NCBI GenBank assembly: GCA_964016885.1
Contig: OZ024744.1
Location: 100,316,001-100,380,000 of the forward strand
Reading direction: 5' to 3'
Source: Eledone cirrhosa
Taxonomy: Eukaryota
Length of the DNA: 64,000 nt
A model generated the notes under the pieces. It had not been told where the DNA came from, did no database searches, and was given only the letters and a program-made list of their open reading frames with translations. This document shows positions 1 through 12,181 of the stretch, one piece after another. Position 1 is the stretch's first letter; every line of letters starts with the position of its first letter. The position numbers and the translations under genes are program-made.

Positions 1-1683
1 AAGTGGGTAAGTAGTTAGAGTGAACATATCAGAATGGATCACGACTGGTACACACACAGTACCACACACGTACTATGTGTGTGTACATATGTGTGTATGT
101 TGTCCCAACAAATCGGTTGTGACCTTATCTCCCTCACTACAGGGGGAGGGGATATTTAAACTGGGACAAAGTATGAATGATAAAGGATGATTGTGTACAT
201 ATGTAGTCGAGCTGGTTTAATTAATGACTAGGTATTAAAGAGTTAAGCGCTGTTAAGGGTAATAATAGCTACATGAAGGTGAATAATAGCTACATGTACA
301 AGAATATGAACAGTTAAAATGTCCATAGGAACTGTTTAAGCAGAGCAGTAAGTGTGTACAATAATAAATAATAAAATTCCCCAATCAATACAGGCTGTCA
401 GATGTAAACTTAATAGATAAACTATTCATATGAAACAGTTTAACGATGTAACTTGATGTTAATTTTGAATGTAACAATGTCAAAGGACAAGAGAACAAAC
501 TAAGTCATCTAACAATTAAAAAAATTATCTTTGAAAAAAGTCGTGTCCAAGTACCTCAGCAAACCGTTTGTTCATTAAAACATCGTATAAAACAATAAGT
601 GAATTCTGTGAATTAAGAGCCACTTTCAGATAATATATCTTGAGGAAAAGTTACCAAAATTTTGCTTCTCAGGGCAGACGCAATTTGACAATAAAAATTA
701 AAAAGAGTTGAGTTTTTTTATTTTGGTGTGTGTGTGTGGGGGGGGGGGGGGGGGGGTTACACTGCAGCTAGTTCACTGGATATTAAAAAACATCTTATTA
801 ATTAGTTCAAATGTAGGGTTGTATAGAGTGCTTAACACCACAAACATGTTTACGTTGTTATATAAACACAAATTAATGCAAGATAACTTGAGGAATTTTC
901 AAAAGTTATCCAACATTTAATGCAACAAAAATATATAATAAATATATATATTCTTTAAAATTATTTAATTTTAAAGAGAATAAAATCAAATTATGAAGAA
1001 AAACACAAAACCTTCATTAGAGTTAGTTTGTGAACCGAACTTACCTGCCTTTAATTAAAGTAGTAATAGGTGAGAAATATAAATACATTTAAAACGTCAC
1101 GAACACTTTATTGCTTATAAAGGAGTTTTCGCTGACGGCAGTTAAAATACGATATATTAAAAAACAACTGCTAAATTAATTGATAAGCAAGCAATAACTT
1201 TAACCTTGCCTTTTAACCTTGACACACCAAAACGACATCTCCAGTGAAGAGAAATACGTTACATAACAATATAGACATTTAAAGAGAAAAACAGAGGTTT
1301 GATAATAAAAATACATCAATCTTTAATAAATAGATTTTCTCAAAATGTACAAGCAGACAGATATAAGATTTAATGGGTGTGTGTGTGACATTTGTAAATA
1401 AGTATTAAATATTTCAAGTACTTCGAGGTTTATAACTGTACTAGACTATAATAAACAAGTTCAACATTATCATATAATGCAAAATAACTGACAACAACAA
1501 CTATTATATATTAATAACCAAGAAATATTTTAGAAAATGCAATTGTATTTCATTCCACGTACAATTTAGACCAATTAAAACGGTATTCATTGAGTTACAA
1601 AGAAATATATATATATATATTTAAAGCAATGAATGTATATCAACATTTTAGATCAGCAATAATTATAATAAAAACTAACATAC

Positions 1684-1768
1684 CTTGTCGTTCATTATCA
1701 GTTTTAGTTGAATTTTGTGATTCTTTTTCAACGTGATTGTTATCATCCACAGCAGAGATACCAGCCAT
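1684..1768 (-). CDS. Putative first coding exon of an unidentified host gene (MAGISAVDDNNHVEKESQNSTKTDNERQ + phase-1 intron); the gene runs leftward
   Basis: Minus strand reads gaattATGG (A at -3, G at +4), then 28 open codons, then CAAG|GTATGTT (canonical donor). It lies about 67 nt downstream of a TATA/Inr pair. Product not recognisable. Confidence 0.6.
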
Positions 1769-1831
1769 AATTCTGAACTGTCTGCAAGCTTGTTCAAAGG
1801 AGCACGTGTGTGGCGGACGTAGCAGAAAACT

Positions 1832-1865
1832 AACTGAAGTCGTTGCTTACTCTCGAACTTATATA
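1832..1865 (-). promoter_or_regulatory. Pol II core promoter: TATA box + Inr
   Basis: Minus strand has TATATAAG (1865-1858) and TCAGTT (1837-1832). The Inr A at 1835 places the TATA T at -30, the canonical spacing. A CACGTG E-box lies at 1803-1808. Confidence 0.6.
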
Positions 1866-3110
1866 GAACTTACATCAAATTCCCTGTTTAACTTGCATTG
1901 GCAATCTCTGACAATATGCTTTAAGTATATAAAAAAAGGAAATACTTATATATTAGAGCAAGTTTGTGTGAAATATATCATATGTAAATCTTTTTTAATA
2001 TTTTTCACGTTGGAATCGAGATTACAACTTGACCTCCCGAAGGTCACTTTCCGAACTTCGTGATAGGATTTTGTCGGGGTTCTTACTTCTTACTTACAAA
2101 AAAATGTTAATTAATATTTTTAATTGTTTTAAAATGAAAACAATTTCTTAACAGCGGAAAATAGTTTGTTCGTTGACGAGGTACGCAAGTCAATTAGATG
2201 AAACCGGTCGGAACCTATTAGGTAATCACTGTTATTTAGGCATGAAACAACGTAAACATCTTTTCGGGTTACAGTTATTTTATACTTCGTAGTGATAATT
2301 TAAAATAAGTATTTAATAATTGCTAGTAAGTTGAATATTATAACCTCAATTACTTCCACTCTCAGAGGTAACACAAATCCACCTTCAATGTAAGCAAACT
2401 ATTAATTGGACCCACTTAAATGTCATGTATTAACCCTTACCAGCGATGCGTGCTATACTTCAGAGAATGGAAATTAAAGAGAACGTAGTTAAATCAAAAT
2501 TATTTTTAAAAGCCATATAATTTATTTCATGAAACCGAGGTTTCTTGCTTGTTTTTTGTTTGTTTGTTTTGTTTTGGGGGGTGCGATGAAGGGATAATGC
2601 AGTTGGGGTTTTTGTTTGTTTGTTTGTTTTTTGTAGCGAAGTAAATAAGGTAGGATAGATGTGTAACTAAGGTAAGAATGTATTGTTAGGAATGAGTAAT
2701 CAGGGTGCGCAGACGTATATACTGGCATCAAACTACGTTTGAATATTCTTAGGTTGAAAGTTAAACCATTTTATTTTGTTTCTATTTATCTCCATCAAAT
2801 TGAATAGATATAATCTCTCTCTCTGTTGTTTCAAAACCTGTCCTACCTACCCTTACCTACTTATCTACCTTCCTACTTAAAGGGATTGTTAAACCTCCCT
2901 ACGCAAAGGATTATTACATCTGTTGTACATCAAGAGAAAGAGGACTGAGTGATGATAATGTTTGTTGAAATTCAACACCAGTGGATTTGAAGGTGGGTCA
3001 TTGACTAAACAGTAAACAAGTTAACTATCAGTTGTTACTCACAGACGATGCCTGGTAGTAGGCCTGCCTTAGATTTTTGGCATCACGTCTTCCTCATTTC
3101 GTCTCATTCC

Positions 3111-3216
3111 CGCTGAGGTTTGACTTTGCCTTTCATCCTTACGGGGTCGATAAAATAAAGTACCAGTAATGCACTGGGTAATTGCTGGCCTTGTGCCTAA
3201 AGTAGAAACAATTATT
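3111..3216 (+). mobile_element. 5'-truncated tRNA-derived SINE (family S1)
   Basis: Contains the family core CTTTGCCTTTCATCCTTACGGGGTCGATAAAATAAAGTACCAG and the tail GGCCTTGTGCCTAAAGTAGAAACAATTATT shared with full copies at 35670 and 39087. Confidence 0.85.
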
Positions 3217-4221
3217 ACTCTTTTATAGATCGACTCTAAACGAGTCATTATTTTTGTTTTGGGATTGTTTTTCTCTAAATACTCATTACTCATATACTCG
3301 CAGAAATATTTCCCCAATCCTAATGACGCACGAGATTTGCTCGTTCAACATAAAGTAAACATGCCCCCTTATTTCATCTTTTATTATATATTTTTCGCAA
3401 TAATTTGTGCCCTTGATCTTCATATTTTGAAAATACTCCCTAAACTTTGCTTAACTTCGTGAATTACAATGAGAAGTAGTAAAATACCTATTTCCTTGAG
3501 TTTTTCCCGTTAGTTCATCAATTTTATCACAAGTAAAACTGTTCATAATAAATAGCGTTGATATCAATATATTTTCTTGTGCTGTTCTAGACTGCTTGAC
3601 TCGTTCTTCTTAGATGCTGGAACCGTGATGCCTCCTAGTTGAATTCTAATGATTCATGGCTCACTACCGTTGTATGGCACTCAAGATTTACCGGGTCTCT
3701 TCTTGCTTTCAGTATTCTGCGTTTCCAAGAATTGGATTGCACCGGAGAACGCAAAAGTTTTCGGAATCCTTTTCCGTTTAATTCCTGGGCTTTAGCCTCT
3801 TCTCCAAGTTGTTTATCTCTTTGCTGCTACTCCTATCGTGTAATGACACCCAAGGACCTTGTTTCAATGAGGTACCAGCGGACAAGTCCCTACCACACAC
3901 ACGCACACACTTTTTCAAACGTCTATATTTTATTTTTTGTTTATTTGATATAATAAATTCTTTTTAAGCTTATTTTTTTTTTATATCTGAACTTCATTTA
4001 AATATATAAAATTTAATTAGCGTAAAATTTTACTTATGTGACAGAGTCCGGGAAAGGGACCATAAGCAATTTATGCTCCTTTAAGAATCAACAAATGTTG
4101 CTTTGTTCCCCTCACTTTTTTAAGGCAAACGAGGCCCCTGGTGACACCCCATGTATGTATACAATGCTCCTTCAGCTTGTATACATTTCTCGGGATTCTC
4201 TCTCAGTCCTCCGTTTACCAT

Positions 4222-5075
4222 AACAATAATTGTTTCCACTAAGCCAACTATTTGAAGAGAAGGATTAAATCGACCGCAATTGCATTTCTAGTCTAGTACT
4301 TTATTTTATCGACCCCATAACGATGAAAGGCAAAGTTAACCGCTGCGGAATTTGAACTCAGAACATAAAGGTCCGTAACTATATGCCGCAAAGCATGTTG
4401 ACTGATGCTCTACCGATACTGCCAATCCACCGCTCTTTACAATAATAATTGTTTCTACTATTGGCACAAGGCCAGAAAATTACTCAGTACATTACTGGTA
4501 CTTTATTTTATCGACCCCGTAAGGATGAAAGGCAAAGTTAACCTCGGCGGGATTTGAACTCAGAATGGCAAGGGCCGTAACTCTATGCGTCAAAGCATGG
4601 CGTCCGAACCCTCTACCGATACTGCCAATCCACCGCCCATTAATAATGGTTTCTGATTTAGGCACAAGGCCATCAATTTTGGCAGAGGAGAAAGTCGATT
4701 AAATCGATCCCAGTACGTGACTGGTAATTTATTTTATCGACTCCGTAAAGATGAAAGACAAAGCTAACTGTGGTGGGATTTGAACTCAGAATGTAAAGGG
4801 ACGTAGCTCTACGCCGCAAAGTATGTTGTCTGGTGCTCTACCGATACTGCCAATCCACCACTCTTTACAATAATTGTTTCTACTTTTTGGCACAAGGCCA
4901 GCAATACCCAGTGCATTACTGGTACTTTATTTTATCGACCCCGTAAGGATGAAAGGCAAAGTTAACCTCGGCGGGATTTGAACTCAGAATGGCAAAGACC
5001 GTAACTCTATGCGTCAAAGCATGGCGTCCGACCCTCTACCGATACTGCCAATCCATCGCCCTCAACTCTTTACAA
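4222..5075 (-). mobile_element. Head-to-tail cluster of four S1 SINE copies
   Basis: Four repeats of ...TTTATCGACCCCGTAAGGATGAAAGGCAAAG...GGATTTGAACTCAGA...CTACCGATACTGCCAATCCACC separated by short (AAT)n tails, at about 4222-4440, 4441-4640, 4641-4867 and 4868-5075. Confidence 0.9.
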
Positions 5076-5254
5076 TAATAATTATGACTTCGTTTATTGG
5101 CTACAAGGGCCGAAGACATTGGGAAAATACAAGGACGAAAGGCAACATAGAATGGAGTTTGTATGTTTGTATAAACCCGAGTTTCCTAGTGGAGGCATAA
5201 GGGCATCGAAGTGACACACACGTAGTAGCGTCATTAATCTGGTGGAGCCCATCC

Positions 5255-5519
5255 CAGGGACGGTGGAACCCCCCCCCCCCCCCCCGTTAATTATATTTTT
5301 CTCCCCAAACTACCAAAACACATCTATTTGTATATGTACCACAATTTATGTACATGTTATGTTTATCGCATATCGAAGTTTTTTTTTTATTTATATCTTG
5401 GTTGATATCTGATTATAACAGCTAAACTAATCACTACAACTAAATTGACACCCCCCCCCCCCCCCCACCCACAGCGGGGCCACCACCACCACCATTCAGA
5501 AATGCTTCCACGACCCCTG
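5255..5519. mobile_element. Possible MITE with 14-bp imperfect TIRs
   Basis: Left end CAGGGACGGTGGAA; reverse complement of right end CAGGGGTCGTGGAA. CATCC lies directly adjacent on both sides, and the interior has poly-C runs. Confidence 0.4.
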
Positions 5520-5624
5520 CATCCCCTCTCCAGGTCTGAATACAGCTGATTTACTTTTTATTTATCCAGATAAGGATAAGGAGGGTGTGAGAAAGAGATA
5601 TATTAAGAGGAAAAATCATCTTCC

Positions 5625-5720
5625 GTACTGGAGTGGTACTTTTTTCTATCGACCTCGAAAGAATTAAAGATAAAGTTGACCTTGGGCAGGACTTGAACTC
5701 AGAGTGCAAAGAGAACACAG
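5625..5720 (-). mobile_element. Diverged S1 SINE fragment
   Basis: GGTACTTTTTTCTATCGACCTCGAAAGAATTAAAGATAAAGTTGACC...TTGAACTCAGAG matches the S1 core with many substitutions. Confidence 0.7.
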
Positions 5721-6599
5721 TTAAAAAAAAAATTTCTTAGTTTTAAAATATTTTCAATACTCTACACGTTTCAAGGGTAATATGAGGGTAGGCGAAAGAG
5801 GTGGACGAACGAACTGCTACGATAACAATATCACGATGAACACTGGGAAACTTCTCTAATAATTTTTGAGGCAAGCTAGCACGCTCGCAGCGTTACCTCG
5901 GGTGATGGCGAGGCTGAGGCGATGGAACAACCAAGCGCCCTCCCACCCGAGCAACACCAGTTACCTCGGTTAGACGAGTTGCCAGTGAAGATTATATAAT
6001 TAATCATTGAAATAAGACATAATAACAATACAAAACAATAACAAATATTAAGTGGGAACACCCCCACCTCCCTACTATAGATGGGGACGGTGCTTTTGGG
6101 AAATTCTAACCCCCCCCCCCTTCCACACACACACTCTCTCAAATTGACAGAGTCCTTAGAAAAGAAGTGGGGAACTTTTTTATGTTGAAAAGCCGCATTC
6201 AAGAAACCATAATTATATATTCTTAAAATGTTGATATTCACTCGTGTACTAAATCCCGGTGTGTTCTCACCAACCAGCCTCGGGTGATACTAGCTCCAGT
6301 CAAATGGTAATTTAATGTACATTCTAGAATCACAGAATGAAAACATGAATGCAGAAAGTGCTGAAATGGCCCTTATGATCTACTAATTCTTTTTTAATTC
6401 TGGCTGTTTGTCAGAGTGGATTATTTCGTTGAATTTTCTTTTACTCTTTAGTATTTAAAATGCATTCATCTTATATTTTAAATTAAAATAATTAGCAATA
6501 AACAAAAACATTAATGAAAATTTAAAATTTGCTGGAATTTTTTTATTCTTTCAAAAGACCGCACAGAATGGCATACAAGACCGCAAATTCTCCATCTTG

Positions 6600-6725
6600 G
6601 ATAGAATGCTTTACAATATTCGTTCCAGCTCTCTGTGTTCTGAGATTAAATCCTACCAAGGTCAATTTTGCCTTTCATTCTTTCAATGTCGATAAAAAAA
6701 TATACCAGTTCAGTACTGGGTCGTT
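6600..6725 (+). mobile_element. Diverged S1 SINE fragment
   Basis: TTCTGAGATTAAATCC...AGGTCAATTTTGCCTTTCATTCTTTCAATGTCGATAAAAAAATATACCAG. Confidence 0.7.
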
Positions 6726-7107
6726 TTTACCTTCCTCACACAACTGTGTGCGCCTAGATTCTGATTAACAAAAGAAACGTTTAACTATGAAACAATTGTT
6801 GTTACTTATATATTTCTTAAGAAATTTTAAACCAATAATTCTTCATCCTATCCACTGCTGCACCACATAAGGTTGACAAGTTGAGAAGACTCTTCAATTG
6901 ATCCAATAACAGACAGCATCCTTAGTGTTGGTGCCATGATAAAACGGATCCAGATTAATGTTAAGAAGAGCATCCAGCTGTATAAAGTTACGACAAAAAA
7001 TATTATTAAATATTCACTTTGTGCGAGAATAACGCACTATAACCCGTGTGGATAATATAACAGACTTGAATTACACGAATTTGTATTACGCGCCGCATTC
7101 ACAAACG

Positions 7108-7179
<72 letters not shown>

Positions 7180-7800
7180 TTTACATCCATTTTTCCCTGC
7201 TTGCAAGGGTGTGACGGGTTCTCTTCAGCACAACATCTCTCCATTTGTAACAGTCCTTCGTCATCTCTTCTGTGAGTTTCAGCGATCTAAGGTCAGTTCT
7301 CACCACCTACGCCCATGTTTTCCGTGGTCTTCCTCTACTACGTCTTCCTTCCATTGGGATTACTTGGCACTTCTTCACCCATCATCCATGCGCATCACAT
7401 GTCCATACCAACATAGTCTTCTCTCCCGCACACTACAGCTAATTCCTCTTGTACATAGTTTCTCTCTCAACTTGTCTATGCTTGGTCGTTCACACACATT
7501 GACATCGCACATCCAACGGAGCATGCTTGCTTCATTTCTCTCCAGCCTTCGCATATCCTCCGCAGTTGCTGCCATTGTCTCACTACCATGCAGCCGCGCA
7601 TCTCACATTAGCATCATATAACCGGCCTTTCATTCGTAGGGAGAAACCCTTCGTTGTCAACAGAGGAAGCGGCCCCCTAAACTTCTTCCATCCTGTCTTT
7701 ATCCTAGATACTACGTTCTCGGACCATCCTCCTCCCTTGCTAATCTGATCACCTAGATATTGGAAGCTATCAACCACCTCTGTAGATCCTACCTACATTT
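7108..7800 (-). mobile_element. 3' fragment of an RTE-clade LINE with (GAT)n tail
   Basis: Frameshifted minus-strand ORFs VDSFQYLGDQIS...RIKTGWKKFR...KGRLYDA and LERNEASMLRWMC...RRLCWYGHVMRMDD are typical of the RTE post-RT region. The 3' UTR ends in (GAT)n, seen as (CAT)n at 7108-7178. Confidence 0.85.
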
Positions 7801-7872
7801 GAAAAATGTACCTATCACTGACACTTCTATTATCAATTTTTCATGAACATCTTCGCGAATAGACTGTATATA

Positions 7873-8379
7873 TGTAGTGAAATCTGTCCACACCTTGACC
7901 TCTGGGTGACATTTAACGGTCAGATTCTGAGTTACCTCCTTTTTGGCGTAAAGTCTGTGCGTGGGCGATCTCTCGAGGCAGGGGGTCAGAGGAAGCGACA
8001 GATATAAATAGCCTGTCCTAGGCCAAGCAAACGGCAGTTCGGAGCAGTTCCCGATAGAGTAACGATGTAAAACATTTGCTTTCTACCTTGAGGTCTACAG
8101 ACTATATCTCTCTCTCTCCGGGTCCTACAGACTCTCACCTTCTCTTGTCACTGAGCTTTGACTACTACCTTGCTGCTACTACTAACAAACGATCTCTTGC
8201 CATTCTCTATTTCAGCATAACGAAATAACAGCAAAAACATTGTCAACGTTTATGATTTGTAGTAATCTTATTCTTTGTTCCTTTATTAACTGAAGTGAAG
8301 TAAATTTTATATTCAAACGAAACCATTTATTTTGTGTTATTCCACCTCTAACAACACTTACTAACTTTGCTTTGCTTCA
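7873..8379 (+). mobile_element. Solo LTR, family B
   Basis: TG...CA termini (TGTAG/CTTCA) flanked by TATA on both sides, with an internal TATAAATA near 8003. The first ~55 nt and several internal blocks match the element starting at 17236. Confidence 0.65.
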
Positions 8380-8776
8380 TATATATGTGACGATATTCAA
8401 CAACTGATTACACCTAGACTAAATGTCTGGAATTTTCGACCACTTTCATACCCTTGTATAAATGAGAAAGATATCGTTTTGATATTTTACTACCTCGAGT
8501 CTATGGTCGGTGGAGGAGATCAGAAACATTGAGACGTAGATAATGTCTCGTCGCTCCACAGATTGTGAACACAATAGGCGGAAGGACCCTTTTAGGAACT
8601 CTTATGCTTGCCTGGCACACAAGCAGAAGGACGTTCTTTTTTTTTTTTTTTTTTTTTTTGCCTGAAGCATATATTACATAACCAGATTTTCATCTTAAGA
8701 TATCGTTCCCATACCAACAATAAATGTATATATTACATCTTGGATTGCAAAATGGAGCCATTGAAATAATTATAAT

Positions 8777-8878
8777 TGTTTCTATTTTAGGCACAAGGCC
8801 AGCAAGTACATTACTGGTACTTTATTTTATCGACCCCGTAAGGATGAAAGGCAAAGTTAACCTCGGCCGGGTTTGAGT
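8777..8878 (-). mobile_element. 5'-truncated S1 SINE with 18-bp target-site duplication
   Basis: CATTGAAATAATTATAAT occurs at 8759-8776 and 8879-8896, flanking the SINE core. Confidence 0.85.
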
Positions 8879-9039
8879 CATTGAAATAATTATAATGAAT
8901 AAACGATTTATGTAATATCAGCATCTTTTTTAATGTTATTCTTATATATATATATATATACTATAAGGATAAGGAACAAGGATTCAGTGTTGCATCATAA
9001 CATATTTAATAACATATTACATATGTTTCACTATCAATC

Positions 9040-9850
9040 GGCTCGTGGCGGTGGTAGCAGTAGTGGTTGTGTTGGTGGTTGTGCGGTGTTGGTGTTGGTG
9101 GTGGTTGTGTGATAGTGGGAGGTGTTGTGGTGGTGGGGTGGGGGTGATGGTGATGGTGGTATGGCGGTTGTGGTGACGGTGATGTTTGTGGTGGTGGTGA
9201 CGGTGATGTTTGTGGTTGTGGTGGTGGTATGGTGGTTGTGGTGACGGTGATGTTTGTGGTGGTGGTGGTGGTGGTATGGTGTTTGTGGTGACAGTAATGT
9301 TTGTGGTGGTGGTAGTATGGTGGTTGTGGTGACGGTGATGTTTGTGGTGGTGGTGGTATGGTGGTTGTGGTGGTGGTGGCATGGTGGTTGTGGTGACAGT
9401 GATGTTTGTGGCTGTGGTTGTGGTGACGGTGATGTTTGTGGTTGTGGTGGTGGTGGTATGGTGGTTGTGGTGATGGTGATGTTTGTGGTGGTGGTGGTGG
9501 TGGTGGTGGTATGGTGGTTGTGGTGACAGTAATGTTTGTGGTGGTGGTAGTATGGTGGTTGTGGTGGTGGTGGCATGGTGGTTGTGGTGACAGTGATGTT
9601 TGTGGCTGTGGTTGTGGTGACGGTGATGTTTGTGGTTGTGGTGGTGGTGGTATGGTGGTTGTGGTGATGGTGATGTTTGTGGTGGTGGTGGTATGGTTGT
9701 GGTGATGGTGATGTTTGTGGTGGTGGTGGTATGGTGGTTGTGGTGATGGTGATGTTTGTGGTGGTGGTGGTATGGTGGTGACGGTGATGTTTGTGGTGGT
9801 GGTGGTGGTGGTATGGTGGTTGTGGTCGTTGTGATGGTGGTGGTGGTAGT
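9040..9850. repeat. GGT-rich compound minisatellite
   Basis: Repeating GGTATGGTGGTTGTGGTGACGGTGATGTTTGT(GGT)n. It accounts for the His/Pro/Thr-rich ORFs. Confidence 0.9.
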
Positions 9851-9852
9851 GG

Positions 9853-9973
9853 TTTGATAACATCCATGAGCTTGGCTGGTTTCGCTTGGGGATCCAGTCG
9901 GATCAGGACCTCCTGGAAGGGGTTCTTAAGGACTCTGCCTCCACAACCCTCTCCGGAATAAGTAGAAGAAAAG

Positions 9974-10006
<33 letters not shown>

Positions 10007-10120
10007 ATGGTGGTGGTGGCGGTAGTAGTAGTAGTGCTGGTGGTGGTAGTAGTGGTGGTGGTAGTAGTAGTAGCAGTAGTAGTAGTAGTGGTGGTAGTAG
10101 TAGTAGTAGTAGTAGCAGCA
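9853..10120 (+). mobile_element. Probable 3' terminus of an RTE/Expander-like LINE with expanded (GTA)n tail
   Basis: ...CTGCCTCCACAACCCTCTCCGGAATAAGTAGAAGAAAA followed by (GTA/GGT)n resembles RTE 3' ends (recalled similarity). Confidence 0.4.
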
Positions 10121-10914
10121 GGAGGTGGGGGTGGAGGAGGACGAGGAGAAGTCTGTTTACACATGTACTGTCGTATACAATGTATCGTGAAAGATGTGTT
10201 GTATCTGAGGATAATTTATATTGAGGGTGGGTCTCCAACAAAGTTTTGACTGACATGTACTTACGTCATATATCTATTGTGTGTGACATATATTTCATGC
10301 AAAATATATATGCATTTATAATGTCCTTATGTAATCAATGACTCATTTGGAGGAACTTTAGAATGTACCGCAGATATTATTGCCATTAATTTTATTATTT
10401 ATAATTCTTACAGAATGAAGATATAAACACGTATAATACAATTAATACTTCATAGTTGCACGAACAACATTACAAATCGTTTGCAATTCCTTCAGAATGA
10501 AAATATGAACAGAGCATATAAATAAATTTACAGTAGAATAACATAACAAATATGTTTTAAATATATACATAAATAACATTACAAATGCCTCGGTAATACT
10601 ACAAAGGATGATACAATGAAAGATATATTCCTTCAATGTTACAATATTAAAGAAAATGTAAAAGAAGGGGTGAACAACGGAGCCAACACAAGAGCAAAAG
10701 ACAACAACGTCGCGAGTACTGGGCAACCTCTCTAATGATGTTATTTATAAATATATCTGTTGTATATAAGGCATACTATATTCACATGATGCAGTGAATT
10801 CTGAATACGCAATCGATTATAAAAGGAGTAACGGAATTTGATTCCTAGAAGCGTGTCCCAAAACACAAAATGTGGGTACTGCGCCCGCGTGTAGAGAAAT
10901 TTGGAGAGAGAGAA

Positions 10915-11024
<110 letters not shown>

Positions 11025-11589
11025 TATAACTGTGTATGCATGTGTGTGTGTAACATTTAGAAGAAACTGTAAAAATACAAAGTTGTGATCATGTATTTCG
11101 AGCTGTTGTGTATGGATGGATGGGATACGGTTTCGGATTACGATATGAAAACACAGGGGACTATTTCTCTCGATGTATCGTCATACATAAGATTCTCTTC
11201 AGTGAGTCTAGGTTTACGCTATGACATGAGTGTGTGCAATTTTGAGTTGCGTGCTCAGTGAGTCGAGCTAAAAATAACCGTGGGCTGATTATCATGTGTT
11301 TCATAGCTTTCGCCGTACCTTGACCAGTCGAAAAGTGATCCCGCAGAGACCCAACCGAATCTAGAATATACCAGACAAAAACATGTTGGTGTGTGACAAG
11401 GAAAATGATATGTGTTTGATGTAAAACGTGTTATTAATACAGGCATATAATACAGTAAAACGAATAATAAAAAAATATATATAAAAATGACATTCATATA
11501 CACACCACCATGGACACACGTATGTGTTTGTATATTTGTACAAATGCATGTGCAAGTGTGTGTTTGTAGAGTATTGTAGACATAGTGTA

Positions 11590-11649
<60 letters not shown>

Positions 11650-11655
<6 letters not shown>

Positions 11656-12122
11656 GCCACCGGAAATAACATCTGTGAAATATACAGCTCCATCTATCTG
11701 TTAGCTAGCTCCCTCACCGTGAAACAAACAACCCTTGAAACCATCAGAATAAACGTCTACGCAGCGACTAAACATCAAACGATTATTTCTGTATAAATAG
11801 AGTGGTCCCAAACACTTTCGCCAGTCGACATTTGGCAGAGTCAACCCGCGTATCGTTGTACCTCGTCTCTGCCACGCTTGTCACTCACACACGCCTTCTA
11901 CCTTGTATCGTCGCTTCATGTGAAAATAAATAGCTGATATAAATTACATCTATCGCCTTGCTTCGTCCTTTCAACTTGTTATTTCGTCTGTTCATCCTTA
12001 CCGTATGTGACAACAGTTCTTTTAAGGGCTATCTTCAGACCGTATGCGATAACAGTCCTTTTAATGGCTATTCTCGGATCTGATCAGAAGTAGTGACCAG
12101 ACTGATTAACCACATCGCTACA
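11650..12122 (+). repeat. 5' LTR (473 bp)
   Basis: TGTACAGCC...TCGCTACA with TATAAATA and AATAAA motifs inside. Near-identical to 16496-16930. Confidence 0.95.
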
Positions 12123-12124
12123 AT

Positions 12125-12155
12125 TGGTGACCCCGACGTGATTCGAACGCGCAAC
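12125..12155 (+). promoter_or_regulatory. Primer-binding site complementary to the tRNA-Trp 3' end, extended to 31 nt
   Basis: TGGTGACCCCGACGTGATTCGAACGCGCAAC is the reverse complement of the metazoan tRNA-Trp(CCA) 3' end as recalled (...GTTGCGTGTTCRAATCACGTCGGGGTCACCA). Confidence 0.9.
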
Positions 12156-12181
12156 AAGATAACACCTAAGAAGATACCAAC

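Noticed and set aside
1039-1175. Second exon of the minus-strand gene (strong CAG|GTAAGT donor at 1045/1044)
   Set aside because: I could not find an acceptor and open frame compatible with the phase-1 first exon. It may be real but is unsupported.
3585-3880. Highly decayed C-terminus of an REL LINE on the minus strand
   Set aside because: Only vague motif resemblance, with no continuous reading frame.
5759-5872. Hammerhead half-site GAAACGTGTAGAG (minus strand), with weak similarity of 5843-5860 to 10717-10735
   Set aside because: No CUGANGA half was found, and the similarity is too short to define an element.
9006-10256. Long His/Pro/Thr-rich ORFs resembling extensin or histidine-rich proteins
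   Set aside because: Open in several frames on both strands because of GGT/GTA trinucleotide repeats, with no splice or promoter support.
11085-11210. Second hammerhead (minus strand CTGAAGAG...CTCGAAA)
   Set aside because: Stem I and the NUH triplet cannot be formed convincingly.
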